IMG/VR virus record: IMGVR_UViG_3300037188_000016
Coordinates: 1 to 37,551 of that record
DNA from: a virus
Taxonomy: Duplodnaviria; Caudoviricetes
DNA length: 37,551 bases
Reading direction: 5' to 3' (one strand)
The notes beneath the pieces were generated by a model. That model did no database searches. It was not told the DNA's origin and saw only the letters and a list, made by a program, of their open reading frames with translations. Shown piece after piece: positions 1-10,086 of this stretch. How positions within the stretch are numbered: the first letter of the stretch is position 1; each line of letters begins with the position of its first letter. The translations under genes and the position numbers were made by a program.

Positions 1-92
1 ACACGAACGCAATCGTAATCACTGGTAACGCTAAACTTTACATTCGGAAATGCTTTCTTTAATTCAGCTTTTACTATTCGACCTATTTTCAT
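1..92 (-). CDS. 5' part of an LPD29-like protein (MKIGRIVKAELKKAFPNVKFSVTSDYDCVR...), runs off the window edge
   Basis: ATG at 92 with GAGGG RBS and a sigma70 promoter upstream. The ELKKAFPxVKFSV motif resembles the large polyvalent protein domain 29 N-terminus, and the matching C-terminal half is at the other end of the window. Confidence 0.65.
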   Translation of the reverse strand, partial: MKIGRIVKAELKKAFPNVKFSVTSDYDCVR

Positions 93-124
93 GCTTATTT
101 ACCCTCGTTGTTGTTGATAGGTGA

Positions 125-153
125 ATGATATATGTCGATAGTCGTCATGTCAA
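125..153 (-). promoter_or_regulatory. sigma70 promoter for the leftward operon that starts at 92
   Basis: On the minus strand: TTGACA (153-148), 17-nt spacer, TATCAT (130-125). Confidence 0.75.
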
Positions 154-183
154 GAGTCGACACAAATATTTATTGATTTATTC

Positions 184-218
184 TTATCCCCATACTTATT
201 CACGTATTTTGTGGATAA
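184..218. promoter_or_regulatory. cluster of three DnaA-box-like 9-mers
   Basis: TGTGGATAA (210-218) is a perfect TTATCCACA on the minus strand. TTATCCCCA (184-192) and TTATTCACG (196-204) each have one mismatch to TTATNCACA. An AT-rich stretch lies at 164-183. Confidence 0.55.
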
Positions 219-309
219 CTGCCTATGTGCTATCTTTAGAACTGAGCGGTGCATAGGATTTGCCCGCGAAGTTATTAATCGATTAATAATTTTTACAAGG
301 AGCGCTTAA

Positions 310-492
310 ATGAGCGAAGTAAAAGACTATTCAGAGATGAAAGAGGATACCCATTACAATGGCGTTCCCTCTATGTACGGCAAAATGGTTAATAAACAGA
401 ATGCCGAACAACCAAAGTATTGCGAGCCTGGTATGCCATCAGACGATGGTGCTATGAAAGGCGCTAAACGCAACGAACAAGCTGGCCCATAA
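310..492 (+). CDS. small hypothetical protein, first gene of the late operon
   Basis: 60-aa ORF with AAGGAG RBS, in the operon direction. Confidence 0.65.
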   Translation: MSEVKDYSEMKEDTHYNGVPSMYGKMVNKQNAEQPKYCEPGMPSDDGAMKGAKRNEQAGP

Positions 493-518
493 GTCGGACA
501 CTACAAAAGGGTCGTGCT

Positions 519-893
519 ATGGGAACACCCAATAAGTACAAAAATGAGTACTGTAAAAAAGCGGAGGAGATTCTTGCCGGTGGCAGGAGTCTCGCTGCTG
601 TTTGTGCAAAATTAAACATAGCCAGGTCTACTTTGTACGAATGGCGCGATAATAACCCAGAATTTAAGCAAGCGATTGAAAAGGGATTACAGAAGTGCCA
701 AGCCTATTGGGAAGAGCTGGGCATTGATGGCGTGACGGGCAATTATGAGAAGTTTGCCGCAGCTCCTTGGATTTTCACCATGAAGAACCGCTTTCGTGAT
801 GATTACACCGAAGACAAAGACGATAAGCAAGACAATGCCGTTTCGGTATTGGAGAAGATTATTACCGGTGAGATAAAGGTCAAGAATGATTAA
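519..893 (+). CDS. terS: terminase small subunit
   Basis: N-terminal PxKY motif and HTH (SLAAVCAKLNIARSTLYEW..PEF), WIFTMKNRF motif; overlaps the large terminase start. Confidence 0.85.
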   Translation: MGTPNKYKNEYCKKAEEILAGGRSLAAVCAKLNIARSTLYEWRDNNPEFKQAIEKGLQKCQAYWEELGIDGVTGNYEKFAAAPWIFTMKNRFRDDYTEDKDDKQDNAVSVLEKIITGEIKVKND

Positions 894-2388
894 TGTCTAT
901 GACTTGGAAGAATTTGCACCAGCGTTTTTTAAAATAGCCGATAAGTCAGGGCAACTTACGGCCTTTGAGTTTAATCGTGCTCAAAAGTATGTACATGCGA
1001 AGCTTGAAGAACAGCTTGCAAGACTTGGTTATGTGAGAGCAAATATATTAAAAGGCCGCCAACAGGGCATTAGCACGTATATAAGCGGTCGTTACTTTCA
1101 TAAGGCTCTCACCCTACCTGGTACGCAAGCGTTCATTCTAACCCACATGGGAGACGCTACACGCAGCCTTTTTGCAATGACCAAGCGATACAATTTGAAT
1201 TTGCCGCCTGGACTTGCTCCAAAGCCCGACAAAGATAATGAAAACCAGTTATTATTTAACAAGCTCAACTCTGGTTATAGGGTAGGAACTGCGGGCAGTA
1301 AAGAGATAGGCCGGTCAATGACAAACCAGCTTATGCACTTATCGGAATATGCTTTTTATGACAACCATATCGAGATTAAGCGCGGAATTGAGCAAACAGT
1401 GGCCGATATTCCTGGAACAGAGAAAATAAAGGAATCTACAGCCAACGGAATTGCAAACGCTTTTTATCTGGACTGGCAAGATGCTAAGGAAGGAAAAAGC
1501 GATTACATAAATATCTTCGTGCCGTGGTATTGGCAAGATGAATATACACGCAGTGCGGAAGGCATGGAGCTGACCGAAGAAGAAAAAGACTGGATGATGT
1601 TGTACGGCCAAGATGGTCTTACAGCGCGTCATCTGGCATGGAGACGTAACAAGCTGTCAGACTTTGACGGTGACTATGGGCAGAAGTGCAAAGGATTTAG
1701 CCAAGAATACCCATTTACGGATGAGGAGGCGTTCTTAAACTCAATCACTGATACCTTTATCACGGTCGAGCCGGTACAGCGAGCCAGGAAGGCACAAGTA
1801 GAATCTGATTCAGCTTTATTGCTTGGGGTTGACCCCGCAAGAGGCGGACAAGATAAAAGCGCCATCATTAGACGACGTGGCCGAAAAGCTTATAAAAGCG
1901 AAACGTTCCAAGGATTGGACACAATGCAGCTCGTGGGGAAGATTAAGCACATTATTGATACTGAACGACCCCACAAGGTATTTATTGATTGCATTGGCAT
2001 AGGCGCGGGTGTTGTAGATAGATTGCACGAAATGGGTTATGAATGTGTAATAGGTGTGAATGTGGCGAGAGCTGCCAATAACCCTGACCAATTCTTAAAC
2101 CTACGTGCGGAATTATGGAGCGAGATGCGTGACTGGTTTAACCAGGATATGCCCGTACAGATTCCAGATGACCCAGATTTACAAAAAGAATTGTGTGGCC
2201 TGGGCTATGACTACAACAGCTCAGGGCGCTTAGTAATTGAAAGTAAGAAGGACGCAAGAAAGCGCGGCATGAATAGCCCAGACAAAGCAGACTCGTTAAT
2301 GATTACGTTTGCTTATGGACAACATGCGGGAACGTCTTCTTATCAACCTAATTTTATACCGGAGCATACAGCAGGTCGATTGATTTAA
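886..2388 (+). CDS. terL: terminase large subunit
   Basis: ATPase motifs (ILKGRQQGIST, MHLSE Walker B, ESTANG coupling motif) and an RNase H-like nuclease domain (LGVDPARGGQD...SPDKADS). Confidence 0.95.
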   Translation: MINVYDLEEFAPAFFKIADKSGQLTAFEFNRAQKYVHAKLEEQLARLGYVRANILKGRQQGISTYISGRYFHKALTLPGTQAFILTHMGDATRSLFAMTKRYNLNLPPGLAPKPDKDNENQLLFNKLNSGYRVGTAGSKEIGRSMTNQLMHLSEYAFYDNHIEIKRGIEQTVADIPGTEKIKESTANGIANAFYLDWQDAKEGKSDYINIFVPWYWQDEYTRSAEGMELTEEEKDWMMLYGQDGLTARHLAWRRNKLSDFDGDYGQKCKGFSQEYPFTDEEAFLNSITDTFITVEPVQRARKAQVESDSALLLGVDPARGGQDKSAIIRRRGRKAYKSETFQGLDTMQLVGKIKHIIDTERPHKVFIDCIGIGAGVVDRLHEMGYECVIGVNVARAANNPDQFLNLRAELWSEMRDWFNQDMPVQIPDDPDLQKELCGLGYDYNSSGRLVIESKKDARKRGMNSPDKADSLMITFAYGQHAGTSSYQPNFIPEHTAGRLI

Positions 2389-2413
2389 AACAAACCAACT
2401 AAAAGGATTTAGT

Positions 2414-4723
2414 ATGGCCAAGAAAGCGGAAAAAATCGCGCATGAAGCGCGTTTAGCTTGTGAAAAATGGCGTGAAGGCTTCAAGTGGAACATTGACCAA
2501 TACCACGAGATGCATACCTTTGTACTCGGCCAGCAATGGACGGACGAGGAAGAGGACGACATGATTAAGACGTTTCGTAAAGTGCCGATGGTTGCTAATA
2601 AACTCGGTGCAATGGCGAACTCTTTGCTTGGTGAGCAGCAACAAAACACCCCGCAGCTTCAAGTCGTTCCAATGACAAATTGTGACGAGAACACAGCCCA
2701 TTTGCGAGAGTTGATTGTCAAAGACATTATGTTCTCAACTGATGCGACAATCACTTATCAGGTGGCAGCCGGTCAAGCTGCAATTGGTGGCTATAGTGCG
2801 TTCTATGTGGGTACTGATTACACACACCAACGCTCGTTTGACCTTGATATTTGTTACGGTCACTTCAAAGATGCCACGCGAACATACTTCGATATAAGTG
2901 CCGAGACTCCAAACAAAACGGATGGTATGCACTGCGGTTATATAACACGCATGAGTCGCGACAAGTTCCGCGAGATTTACGGTAAAGATTTAGAAGAAAA
3001 AATATCAAAGACCATGAGTCCAACGGCAAGCGTTGAAGAAATAGCCCTTGCAGTGCAACCCTCGGAAGGTGAAGACCCGTTTACCTGGGCGGATAATGAA
3101 GCAATTACAATCCTTGACCATTTTAAGCGTAAATTTGAGAACGATACGCTTTATAAACTATCGAATGGTAAAACTTATAATCAAGAAGAGCTTGACGAAC
3201 TGATAGAAAAATCACGCGAGATGAATGCCAAGCTTGACGAGAACCGCGACGATTTAGATTTAACCGCTGCAATTGGCCAGAATATGCCAGGCATGAACTT
3301 GATGCCTCAAGATACCAATATGGATTTGATGTCTACAGATACCAGCGAAGCCCAAGGCACAGCAAGTATGGGTGATTCTAACGCCGAAGAAGTCGAAGAA
3401 GTAGCTCTTGAAGATGATTATGACATGATGACGCTTTGGGATGATGGCGAACCGGTGCGTATTGAAGACAAGCGCAAATTCAAATCATACAAGATATGGC
3501 ATTACAAAATAGCCGGTGATTACATCCTTGAAGATGGTGAGTTTCCAGCCGAGCAGCTCCCCGTTATATTCATGGATCAAAACAGTTTCTATGATAAAAA
3601 CGGCAAGCAAATTTGTCGCAGCTTCTTTGGTGATTGTAGAGATACACAGCGTTATATCAACTACATTCGCACTCAATCAGCCTTTATCCTCAAGATATCT
3701 CGCTATGATCAGTTCATAGGCTCCAAGAAGAACGTACAGGGATTAGACACTCAACGAAACTGGCGTGACCCAAATAGCGTACAGGGGTTACTTGCATACG
3801 ATGAAAGCCCATCTGGCGCTAAACCTGAGCAATTAAGACCGCCTGAGCTGTCAGCCTCTTTGCTTCAACAATACGAGATTGCAATACAAGATTTGTACCT
3901 TGCTACAGGCTTATATCCTACCCAGCTCGGACAACAAGGCAATGAAGTGTCAGGTACGGCAATTGATGCCCGTACACGACAAGGCTCGTACTCAACCTAT
4001 TGTTTCTTTAATTCCGTGAATCGTGCCATTACAACCGGTGGCTCTGTGGTCAATGAAATGATTCCCCGTGTCTATGATTCAGAGCGCGTTATTACCTTGA
4101 TGATGCCTGATGAGGGCATGAAGAACATTACAGTTAACAAACAAATGGATGATTACGGTGAACTTATTGAAAACGACATACGCAAGGGAACTTATGAAGT
4201 CAGACTCAAAGCAGGGCCAAGTTTTGAAGGACAAAAAGAGCAAGCCTTACAGTCATTACGTGAAGTTCTACAAGCCGATCCTGAAACATTTAAACTTGTG
4301 GCAGACCTCTACGCTGACAACTTGCCCCTCTCAAACAACCTCGAAATCAAGAACCGATTAAAAACGATTGTGCCGCCTGAAATCATAGAAGCGGGTAAAA
4401 CGGGCAAGATGCCACATGAAAGCGGTCAACCTACGCCTGAACAAATGATGATGCAGCAACAAATGCAAATGCAAGAGCAACAAATGCAAATGCAGCAAAA
4501 AGAAATCCAACTAAAAGAGGAGGAGATACGACTAAAACAACAAAAAATCCTAATGGATGCACAAGTAGCACTTCAAAAGCTTGAAACGGAAAAACTGGTG
4601 GTGGCAGGAGATATACAAGAGCAGGAGCTTAGGTATCTCGCGGAAACACAACGCACACAAAGTGATGAGTCAATCGCTCACGCTGACAATTTGGTGAGGA
4701 TTTTGACGCATAAGATTCAATAA
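2414..4723 (+). CDS. portal protein, P22-like
   Basis: 769 aa directly after terL; GQQW, RDTQRYINY and EVSGTAIDAR motifs; C-terminal Q-rich coiled-coil barrel. Confidence 0.9.
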   Translation: MAKKAEKIAHEARLACEKWREGFKWNIDQYHEMHTFVLGQQWTDEEEDDMIKTFRKVPMVANKLGAMANSLLGEQQQNTPQLQVVPMTNCDENTAHLRELIVKDIMFSTDATITYQVAAGQAAIGGYSAFYVGTDYTHQRSFDLDICYGHFKDATRTYFDISAETPNKTDGMHCGYITRMSRDKFREIYGKDLEEKISKTMSPTASVEEIALAVQPSEGEDPFTWADNEAITILDHFKRKFENDTLYKLSNGKTYNQEELDELIEKSREMNAKLDENRDDLDLTAAIGQNMPGMNLMPQDTNMDLMSTDTSEAQGTASMGDSNAEEVEEVALEDDYDMMTLWDDGEPVRIEDKRKFKSYKIWHYKIAGDYILEDGEFPAEQLPVIFMDQNSFYDKNGKQICRSFFGDCRDTQRYINYIRTQSAFILKISRYDQFIGSKKNVQGLDTQRNWRDPNSVQGLLAYDESPSGAKPEQLRPPELSASLLQQYEIAIQDLYLATGLYPTQLGQQGNEVSGTAIDARTRQGSYSTYCFFNSVNRAITTGGSVVNEMIPRVYDSERVITLMMPDEGMKNITVNKQMDDYGELIENDIRKGTYEVRLKAGPSFEGQKEQALQSLREVLQADPETFKLVADLYADNLPLSNNLEIKNRLKTIVPPEIIEAGKTGKMPHESGQPTPEQMMMQQQMQMQEQQMQMQQKEIQLKEEEIRLKQQKILMDAQVALQKLETEKLVVAGDIQEQELRYLAETQRTQSDESIAHADNLVRILTHKIQ

Positions 4724-4742
4724 ATGACAGGGAGATGTCGAA

Positions 4743-5654
4743 ATGGCTACAGAAGTGAGCAATATAGATGATTTGTTAATGGGGGGTAATTCGCCTTCAA
4801 TTCCGGCGACACCCGAAAGCAGATATGAAGAGCAAGATACACCCGATACTTCATACGGTGATATTGAGTCACCAAATTCTGATGAATCACATGACGAGCA
4901 CACGAGTGAACCAGAAGAACCGGAGCACTCAGAAGAATCGCCAGAAGAGGATCACAAGAGAGACGAAGATTATGACGATTATGGAAATACTAAAACGCCT
5001 CCTAAAACGTATACTGAGGAAGAAGTTAACGAGCGCATTAATAAAGCAGTTCGTGAGAGGCTTGCTAGGGGTGACAATAAGAATCAACAGCCTTCGCAGC
5101 AACAAGTGGCGCAGCAAGCTCAAGGGTTCGAGTACAACCCCGATTCTGAGGAGTCATGGGAAGGGCAATTAGAGAAATTCGTTGAACGAACCGTTTCAAA
5201 AATAGGACAAAAGCAAGCCCAGCAACAACAGCAAGTCCGAGATGAGCAAGTCCAAGCTGAATTTGAGGATAAGTTTAGCCGTGGCATGAGTCGATTTAGT
5301 GATTTTAGAGATGTTGTAGGGGCACAGCCTGTAACAGACCCTATGACCTATGCACTTCGTGGATTGCCCGACCCAGCCGCTTTTATTTATGCAGCCAGCA
5401 AACGCCATCCTCAAGAATTGTCACGGATATCACAAATCCAAGACCCTGCGGCTCAGATTATGGAAATGGGAAGGCTTGAGGAACGTATGAGAAAAGCCGC
5501 ACCAGGAACTAAAGCACCAAAGCCCATTAGTAAAAGCCGCGAAGACTCAGGATTACCGGTTAAAGCGAAGAAAACTGATCCTTCCATTGAGGACTTAATT
5601 GCAAAGGCTGATGCAAAAAGAAAGCAGCAATTGAACCAAAAAAGAGGAAGATAG
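4743..5654 (+). CDS. scaffolding protein
   Basis: Lies between portal and coat; acidic disordered N-terminus, helical core and basic C-terminus. Confidence 0.75.
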   Translation: MATEVSNIDDLLMGGNSPSIPATPESRYEEQDTPDTSYGDIESPNSDESHDEHTSEPEEPEHSEESPEEDHKRDEDYDDYGNTKTPPKTYTEEEVNERINKAVRERLARGDNKNQQPSQQQVAQQAQGFEYNPDSEESWEGQLEKFVERTVSKIGQKQAQQQQQVRDEQVQAEFEDKFSRGMSRFSDFRDVVGAQPVTDPMTYALRGLPDPAAFIYAASKRHPQELSRISQIQDPAAQIMEMGRLEERMRKAAPGTKAPKPISKSREDSGLPVKAKKTDPSIEDLIAKADAKRKQQLNQKRGR

Positions 5655-5659
5655 CTGAT

Positions 5660-5688
5660 TTGACAGATAGTTAATCACGTTCTAAGAT
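5660..5688 (+). promoter_or_regulatory. sigma70 promoter upstream of the capsid gene
   Basis: TTGACA (5660-5665), 17-nt spacer, TAAGAT (5683-5688). Confidence 0.7.
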
Positions 5689-5849
5689 GTTTTTAATTGC
5701 AGTACAGACGTGTATCGGCTATCCGTCAGCCAAAGTTATAAAAATGCAGTGGCGCGTATTTCGTCTTCCGCCGGACAAATGGTAGTTAGGCACTTAAGCA
5801 TGATGCTTGAGTAATTAATAAACATTTGTTCGGTCAGGGAGATAGAACA

Positions 5850-7097
5850 ATGGCTAACGTATTTAGAGAAACCCAGTACGTTCTGGATGACGTATTTGTA
5901 CGCTTCTGGAACAGTCTTGCATTTGCAAGAACCGCTAATAGAAACCTCGAAGGCGATTTTAAGAACTTAAGATTCGCTACAGGTCAAACAATCGACTACC
6001 GCTTAGAAGAAAGATATCTCGCTGGTGAAGGCGCTACAGCTACAGCCGAAGCCCGTGTACAGGTAATCCGACCTCTAACAATTTCTAAACAATTCCGTAC
6101 CATGATTGAATACACAGGTTTCAACCTGACCTTCGACCGTGCGCGAGATGAACCTTATTTAGAAATGGCGAACGCTCCAAGAGCTAAACGTCTTGGTAAC
6201 TTGGTTGAGAACTTCATTGCTGACACGTTCCAGACTCAAGTATATCAATCCGTTGGTACTCCTGGCGTTCCTGTAGACTTCAATACGATTCTAAGCGCTG
6301 ATGCTTTAATGACTCAGCTTGGTATACCAGAAGATGGCAAGCGTTATGCTGCTGTTCCTCCTCGCGTATCTGCTAACTTGAACAATGACTTGTACAACGT
6401 CTTCAACAACACTGTAAATACTGGTGCGTTGATTGACGGTTTCATCGGTCACTTGTCAGGTTTTGACTTCTTCAAGACTAACTTCTTGCGTCGTCAAATT
6501 GCTGGTGCTGGTCAGTTAGGCGGTACTCCTCCTGCTGGTATGTTGCTTGCAGGTACTGTAACCAATGGCCCTATCGTTGGTGGCAATACAATCGCTGTGA
6601 CTGGATTGGGTCAAGCTCCTGGAACTGTAGTATTTAATCTAGGTGACGTGATTCAAGTAGCTCCTGCTGCTGGTGTGTACATGGTTAACCCTTTGACCTA
6701 TGAACCCATCTATGAAGCTCCTGCGCAATTCGTTGTTACTGCTCAGGTCATTTCGTCTGATGGTAACACTGCAACTATCCCTGTTAACCCAACAATCGTT
6801 ATTGATGGTGCTCGTCAAAACATCAGTGCTGCTATTCCTAACGGCGCTCAAATGTTGCTGTATGCATCTCATAACGTGTCATTGGCTTATCACACTCAAG
6901 CTGTGGTCTTTGCTGCTCCTCCTATCAAAGAACTTCGCGGTGGTGTTGAGGCTGTGACTCGATACTCTGACCTGTACAAACTTTCTATGACCTACTCCTT
7001 GGGTGCGGACATCAGAAACTACGAACAGTTAGACCGTATCGACGTTATCTGCGGGGTCGCAATTAACCCTGAGTTTGCTGTGATGATTATGTCCTAA
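5850..7097 (+). CDS. major capsid protein, P22 coat family
   Basis: Start ATG at 5850 (MANVF) with AGGGAG RBS; 415 aa; G..I.Y, insertion domain and C-terminal DRIDVICG...PEFA motifs; highly expressed-type codon bias. Confidence 0.92.
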   Translation: MANVFRETQYVLDDVFVRFWNSLAFARTANRNLEGDFKNLRFATGQTIDYRLEERYLAGEGATATAEARVQVIRPLTISKQFRTMIEYTGFNLTFDRARDEPYLEMANAPRAKRLGNLVENFIADTFQTQVYQSVGTPGVPVDFNTILSADALMTQLGIPEDGKRYAAVPPRVSANLNNDLYNVFNNTVNTGALIDGFIGHLSGFDFFKTNFLRRQIAGAGQLGGTPPAGMLLAGTVTNGPIVGGNTIAVTGLGQAPGTVVFNLGDVIQVAPAAGVYMVNPLTYEPIYEAPAQFVVTAQVISSDGNTATIPVNPTIVIDGARQNISAAIPNGAQMLLYASHNVSLAYHTQAVVFAAPPIKELRGGVEAVTRYSDLYKLSMTYSLGADIRNYEQLDRIDVICGVAINPEFAVMIMS

Positions 7098-7104
7098 AGC
7101 TGCC

Positions 7105-7130
7105 TGGTTCCTTCATTCGTGAGGGAACCA
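7105..7130 (+). terminator. stable stem-loop after the capsid gene (partial terminator or mRNA stabiliser)
   Basis: TGGTTCCTTCA-TTCG-TGAGGGAACCA; the U tail is weak. Confidence 0.5.
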
Positions 7131-7151
7131 CAATTTGAACAGGGGTTAAAG

Positions 7152-7364
7152 ATGCACGTAGAAGAAACCGAAGAATTAGTACCCTATCTTGGAAAACAAG
7201 TTTCTCGCCGAGGATTTAGAGCCTTCATTTATGCAACTGATGGCCGAGAGAAGATTGCAGAATCATACGATGAATTTGACCTCTTCACCCATAGTGACGA
7301 ATGGTTTGCCACAAAAGAGGAAGCTGCTTTACCTAAGAAGCCCCGTAAAAAAACGGAGGGATAA
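7152..7364 (+). CDS. small hypothetical virion-module protein
   Basis: Likely ATG at 7152 with AGGGG RBS; TAATG coupling to the next gene; basic C-terminus. Confidence 0.65.
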   Translation: MHVEETEELVPYLGKQVSRRGFRAFIYATDGREKIAESYDEFDLFTHSDEWFATKEEAALPKKPRKKTEG

Positions 7365-8305
7365 TGGCTTACACATTCCGAGACTTTGCTTTTCAAATGT
7401 ACCGTTTGATAAGTGCGTCTAATCCTACAACGCCGCTCCAGGGTGATGATGAGAAACTCTGCTTGCAGGTTTTAAATCAACTCATGCAATCCTATGCGGG
7501 CAATGGTCAAATGCTAACGATAGCAAAGACTTTGACTTGTCCAATAAATATCGGGATTCATACCATCCGCTTTGTGGATAACAATTACCCGACAGACACG
7601 ATTATGCGCGAGATTGTGACTCTTACTTTGAATTCACCGTCTTTCACTGTTGCTGATGGAACATTGTATAATCCTGGCGAGCAGGTAACAGGCAACGGAA
7701 TACCCACATTGAGTTTTATTGATTCAATAGATGGCAATATAGTGACATTGAATAATGTCTCAACCATCTCAGGTACATCTACACTTCAATTTATTCAGCC
7801 AATTGTTATACCTGGAATTGTATTTATCAAGCAAGGAAGGCTCGCAAATCTGGATAATGCCTGGTTAGTTTTATCCGGTGTGACATACCCATTAATTGAT
7901 AAATCACGTGATGACTTTTTGGCGGCTTGGAAATATGAACCACTAAAAGGATTGCCACGCTTTGCAATCACATTCCCCGATACCGAATTTGTTGACATTA
8001 GGCTTTATCCTGCACCTAGTCAGTTCTTTGAATTCTTTTGCAGAGGAAAGTTTCAATTATCGTCATATACAAAAGACTCTGATATGTCCAATTTACCTCA
8101 ATATTTCATACGATTTTTACTCTTGGCGGGTGCGCGTGACGTATGTATGTACAAAGGACGTGCGGAAGCCTGGACACCAAAATTAGAACAAATGTACATG
8201 GAAGCATACGACATTATGGTATCAACCAGTGAAGTGAATCTCTCCATTACTGGTGACGAGCAATCCTTACTTAACGGCGCATGGCGTGTGAGGGCGGGAA
8301 TATAA
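7364..8305 (+). CDS. head-to-tail adaptor / DNA stabilisation protein (P22 gp4-like position) with an inserted beta-rich segment
   Basis: Synteny; helical N-terminus (CLQVLNQLMQSY), LYPAPS motif and C-terminal LP..F..FL helix. Confidence 0.65.
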   Translation: MAYTFRDFAFQMYRLISASNPTTPLQGDDEKLCLQVLNQLMQSYAGNGQMLTIAKTLTCPINIGIHTIRFVDNNYPTDTIMREIVTLTLNSPSFTVADGTLYNPGEQVTGNGIPTLSFIDSIDGNIVTLNNVSTISGTSTLQFIQPIVIPGIVFIKQGRLANLDNAWLVLSGVTYPLIDKSRDDFLAAWKYEPLKGLPRFAITFPDTEFVDIRLYPAPSQFFEFFCRGKFQLSSYTKDSDMSNLPQYFIRFLLLAGARDVCMYKGRAEAWTPKLEQMYMEAYDIMVSTSEVNLSITGDEQSLLNGAWRVRAGI

Positions 8306-10086
8306 TGCCTATTCAAGCGCTGCCAATATTTTGCTATTACGACGTACAACGATTCACTCAGTTTGGAGCAATGGACTGTGCGAACTGGTATGGCATTCAA
8401 GTCGAGTCAGCCAAGAAACAACAAGCACTCTACCCAGCTATGGGTCGAAAGCATGTCCATTATTTGAATGAAAACCGTCTTGTTTATAACACGGAACCAC
8501 GAGATGAGTTTCGCACAATTAATTACATGTATGTAGTTGAAGGCACAGAAGTCATAGCTTATGACACTGCATTTAATGCCCAAAGCATTGGAAATATATC
8601 ATTGACGGGCGAATTATGGTTTGCCTATTTGCCGGTGGGTAATGCGGTTTATGCGCTGCTGACCACTGGAACCAATATTTATATCATCACTGAGATTGGA
8701 ACATCAGTCACAATGACTTTGTGTACTGACACGAATGCCCCCCAAAATCCTCAGTATGTAGCCGCTTTCGGAGGCCGATTTGTTGTCAATCAAATGGGAA
8801 CCCCGATAAATTATCTTACTCAGATTAACTTGGGAGGCTCTCCCCCTGTTGATCCGGCTAAGATTTTTACTATCCCGGACGGAGGAGCTGGATTCGCCCT
8901 GTTTTTCAGCTCTTCTGGGATTGTAAGGTCTTATGCAGTATTACACACGCAATTATACATTTTCACAGACTTCACCACAGATATTTGGGCGAATATTGCC
9001 ACTCAAATCACAGTAGCGGGTGTGACCCGTGAGTTTCCGTGGAAAATAAATACATCCTACAATTGGGATTATGGGATTGCAGATCCATTAAGTTTATCGG
9101 TGGACTTTGGACGTATGGTCTGGCTTGGCAAAAATTCAAATGGCCTCGTCTCGTTTATGGCTTCTGATGGTGGTCAACCTGTTGATATATCCACTCAAGC
9201 TATTAACGTATTGCTTGAAAATGCATCTGATACCGATAATGGTTTAAGCCCATTCTTGCGAGCAACAACAGATGGATTTTTATACCAGTATGAAAACACC
9301 ATTTTTTATAGAGTTTCGGCAGGAATATATGACAATACGCAACTTTTAGACCCCACGACATTCGCAAATTCAATTGAATATAATTTTTCAACTAAAACAT
9401 GGGCGCGTGTCATTGAATTAAATGGTAGTCGTTGCCGTATTCAAAAACATATTTATTTTAATAATAAACATCTTGTCATAGTCCAAGGCGACCCCGCTAT
9501 TTACGAAATGGCAGGTAACATTTACTATAATGAATTACGCAATCCTGCACAGCCAGATATTCAAGCAACGGATGCTTTTCTAAAATTCCCAATGCGTTAT
9601 GAATTGGTTACGCAGCAAATTTATAATGAAGACTATTCGGAATTTATAGATGATTATGTCGAAATTGACTTTGTATTTGGTGATCAAACGTTTTATCGTA
9701 GCAACGCACCCTTTCTCAATACCACTTTTATTATTGATGAAATGGACAACGGGCAAGTACCTCCAAGTCCGGTTTATATGGTCACGGAAGATGATAAATT
9801 CATTATTACGGAAGGTTCTAATACCCCTTCATTCGACGACAATCACTATAATGCCTTATTTAAGCCTCATATTGAGTTATATTATTCTGATGATGGTGGC
9901 GTATCTTTTATCACTGCCGATTTAAGGGAATTTAGCCCATTAGGTCATTACCGTTGGCGTATGCGTTGGTATGAACTCGGAATAAGTCGAAATCGTTGCT
10001 ATAAATTAGTTTGTGTAAGCTCGGCTCCTGTTGTTATTCTAGGAGGTGTACGCAATACACGTCGAGCAAGCGGAGGGGCTAATTAA
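8305..10086 (+). CDS. tail hub / packaged DNA stabilisation protein (P22 gp10-like)
   Basis: ATG at 8305 via TAATG overlap; beta-propeller character; C-terminal YSDDGGVSF...LGHYRWRMRWYELG motif. Confidence 0.85.
   Translation: MPIQALPIFCYYDVQRFTQFGAMDCANWYGIQVESAKKQQALYPAMGRKHVHYLNENRLVYNTEPRDEFRTINYMYVVEGTEVIAYDTAFNAQSIGNISLTGELWFAYLPVGNAVYALLTTGTNIYIITEIGTSVTMTLCTDTNAPQNPQYVAAFGGRFVVNQMGTPINYLTQINLGGSPPVDPAKIFTIPDGGAGFALFFSSSGIVRSYAVLHTQLYIFTDFTTDIWANIATQITVAGVTREFPWKINTSYNWDYGIADPLSLSVDFGRMVWLGKNSNGLVSFMASDGGQPVDISTQAINVLLENASDTDNGLSPFLRATTDGFLYQYENTIFYRVSAGIYDNTQLLDPTTFANSIEYNFSTKTWARVIELNGSRCRIQKHIYFNNKHLVIVQGDPAIYEMAGNIYYNELRNPAQPDIQATDAFLKFPMRYELVTQQIYNEDYSEFIDDYVEIDFVFGDQTFYRSNAPFLNTTFIIDEMDNGQVPPSPVYMVTEDDKFIITEGSNTPSFDDNHYNALFKPHIELYYSDDGGVSFITADLREFSPLGHYRWRMRWYELGISRNRCYKLVCVSSAPVVILGGVRNTRRASGGAN

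Noticed and set aside
4441-4500. CAAATG/CAGCAA repeats in the portal gene
   Set aside because: They encode the Q/M-rich coiled coil common in P22-like portals and are not a separate DNA element.
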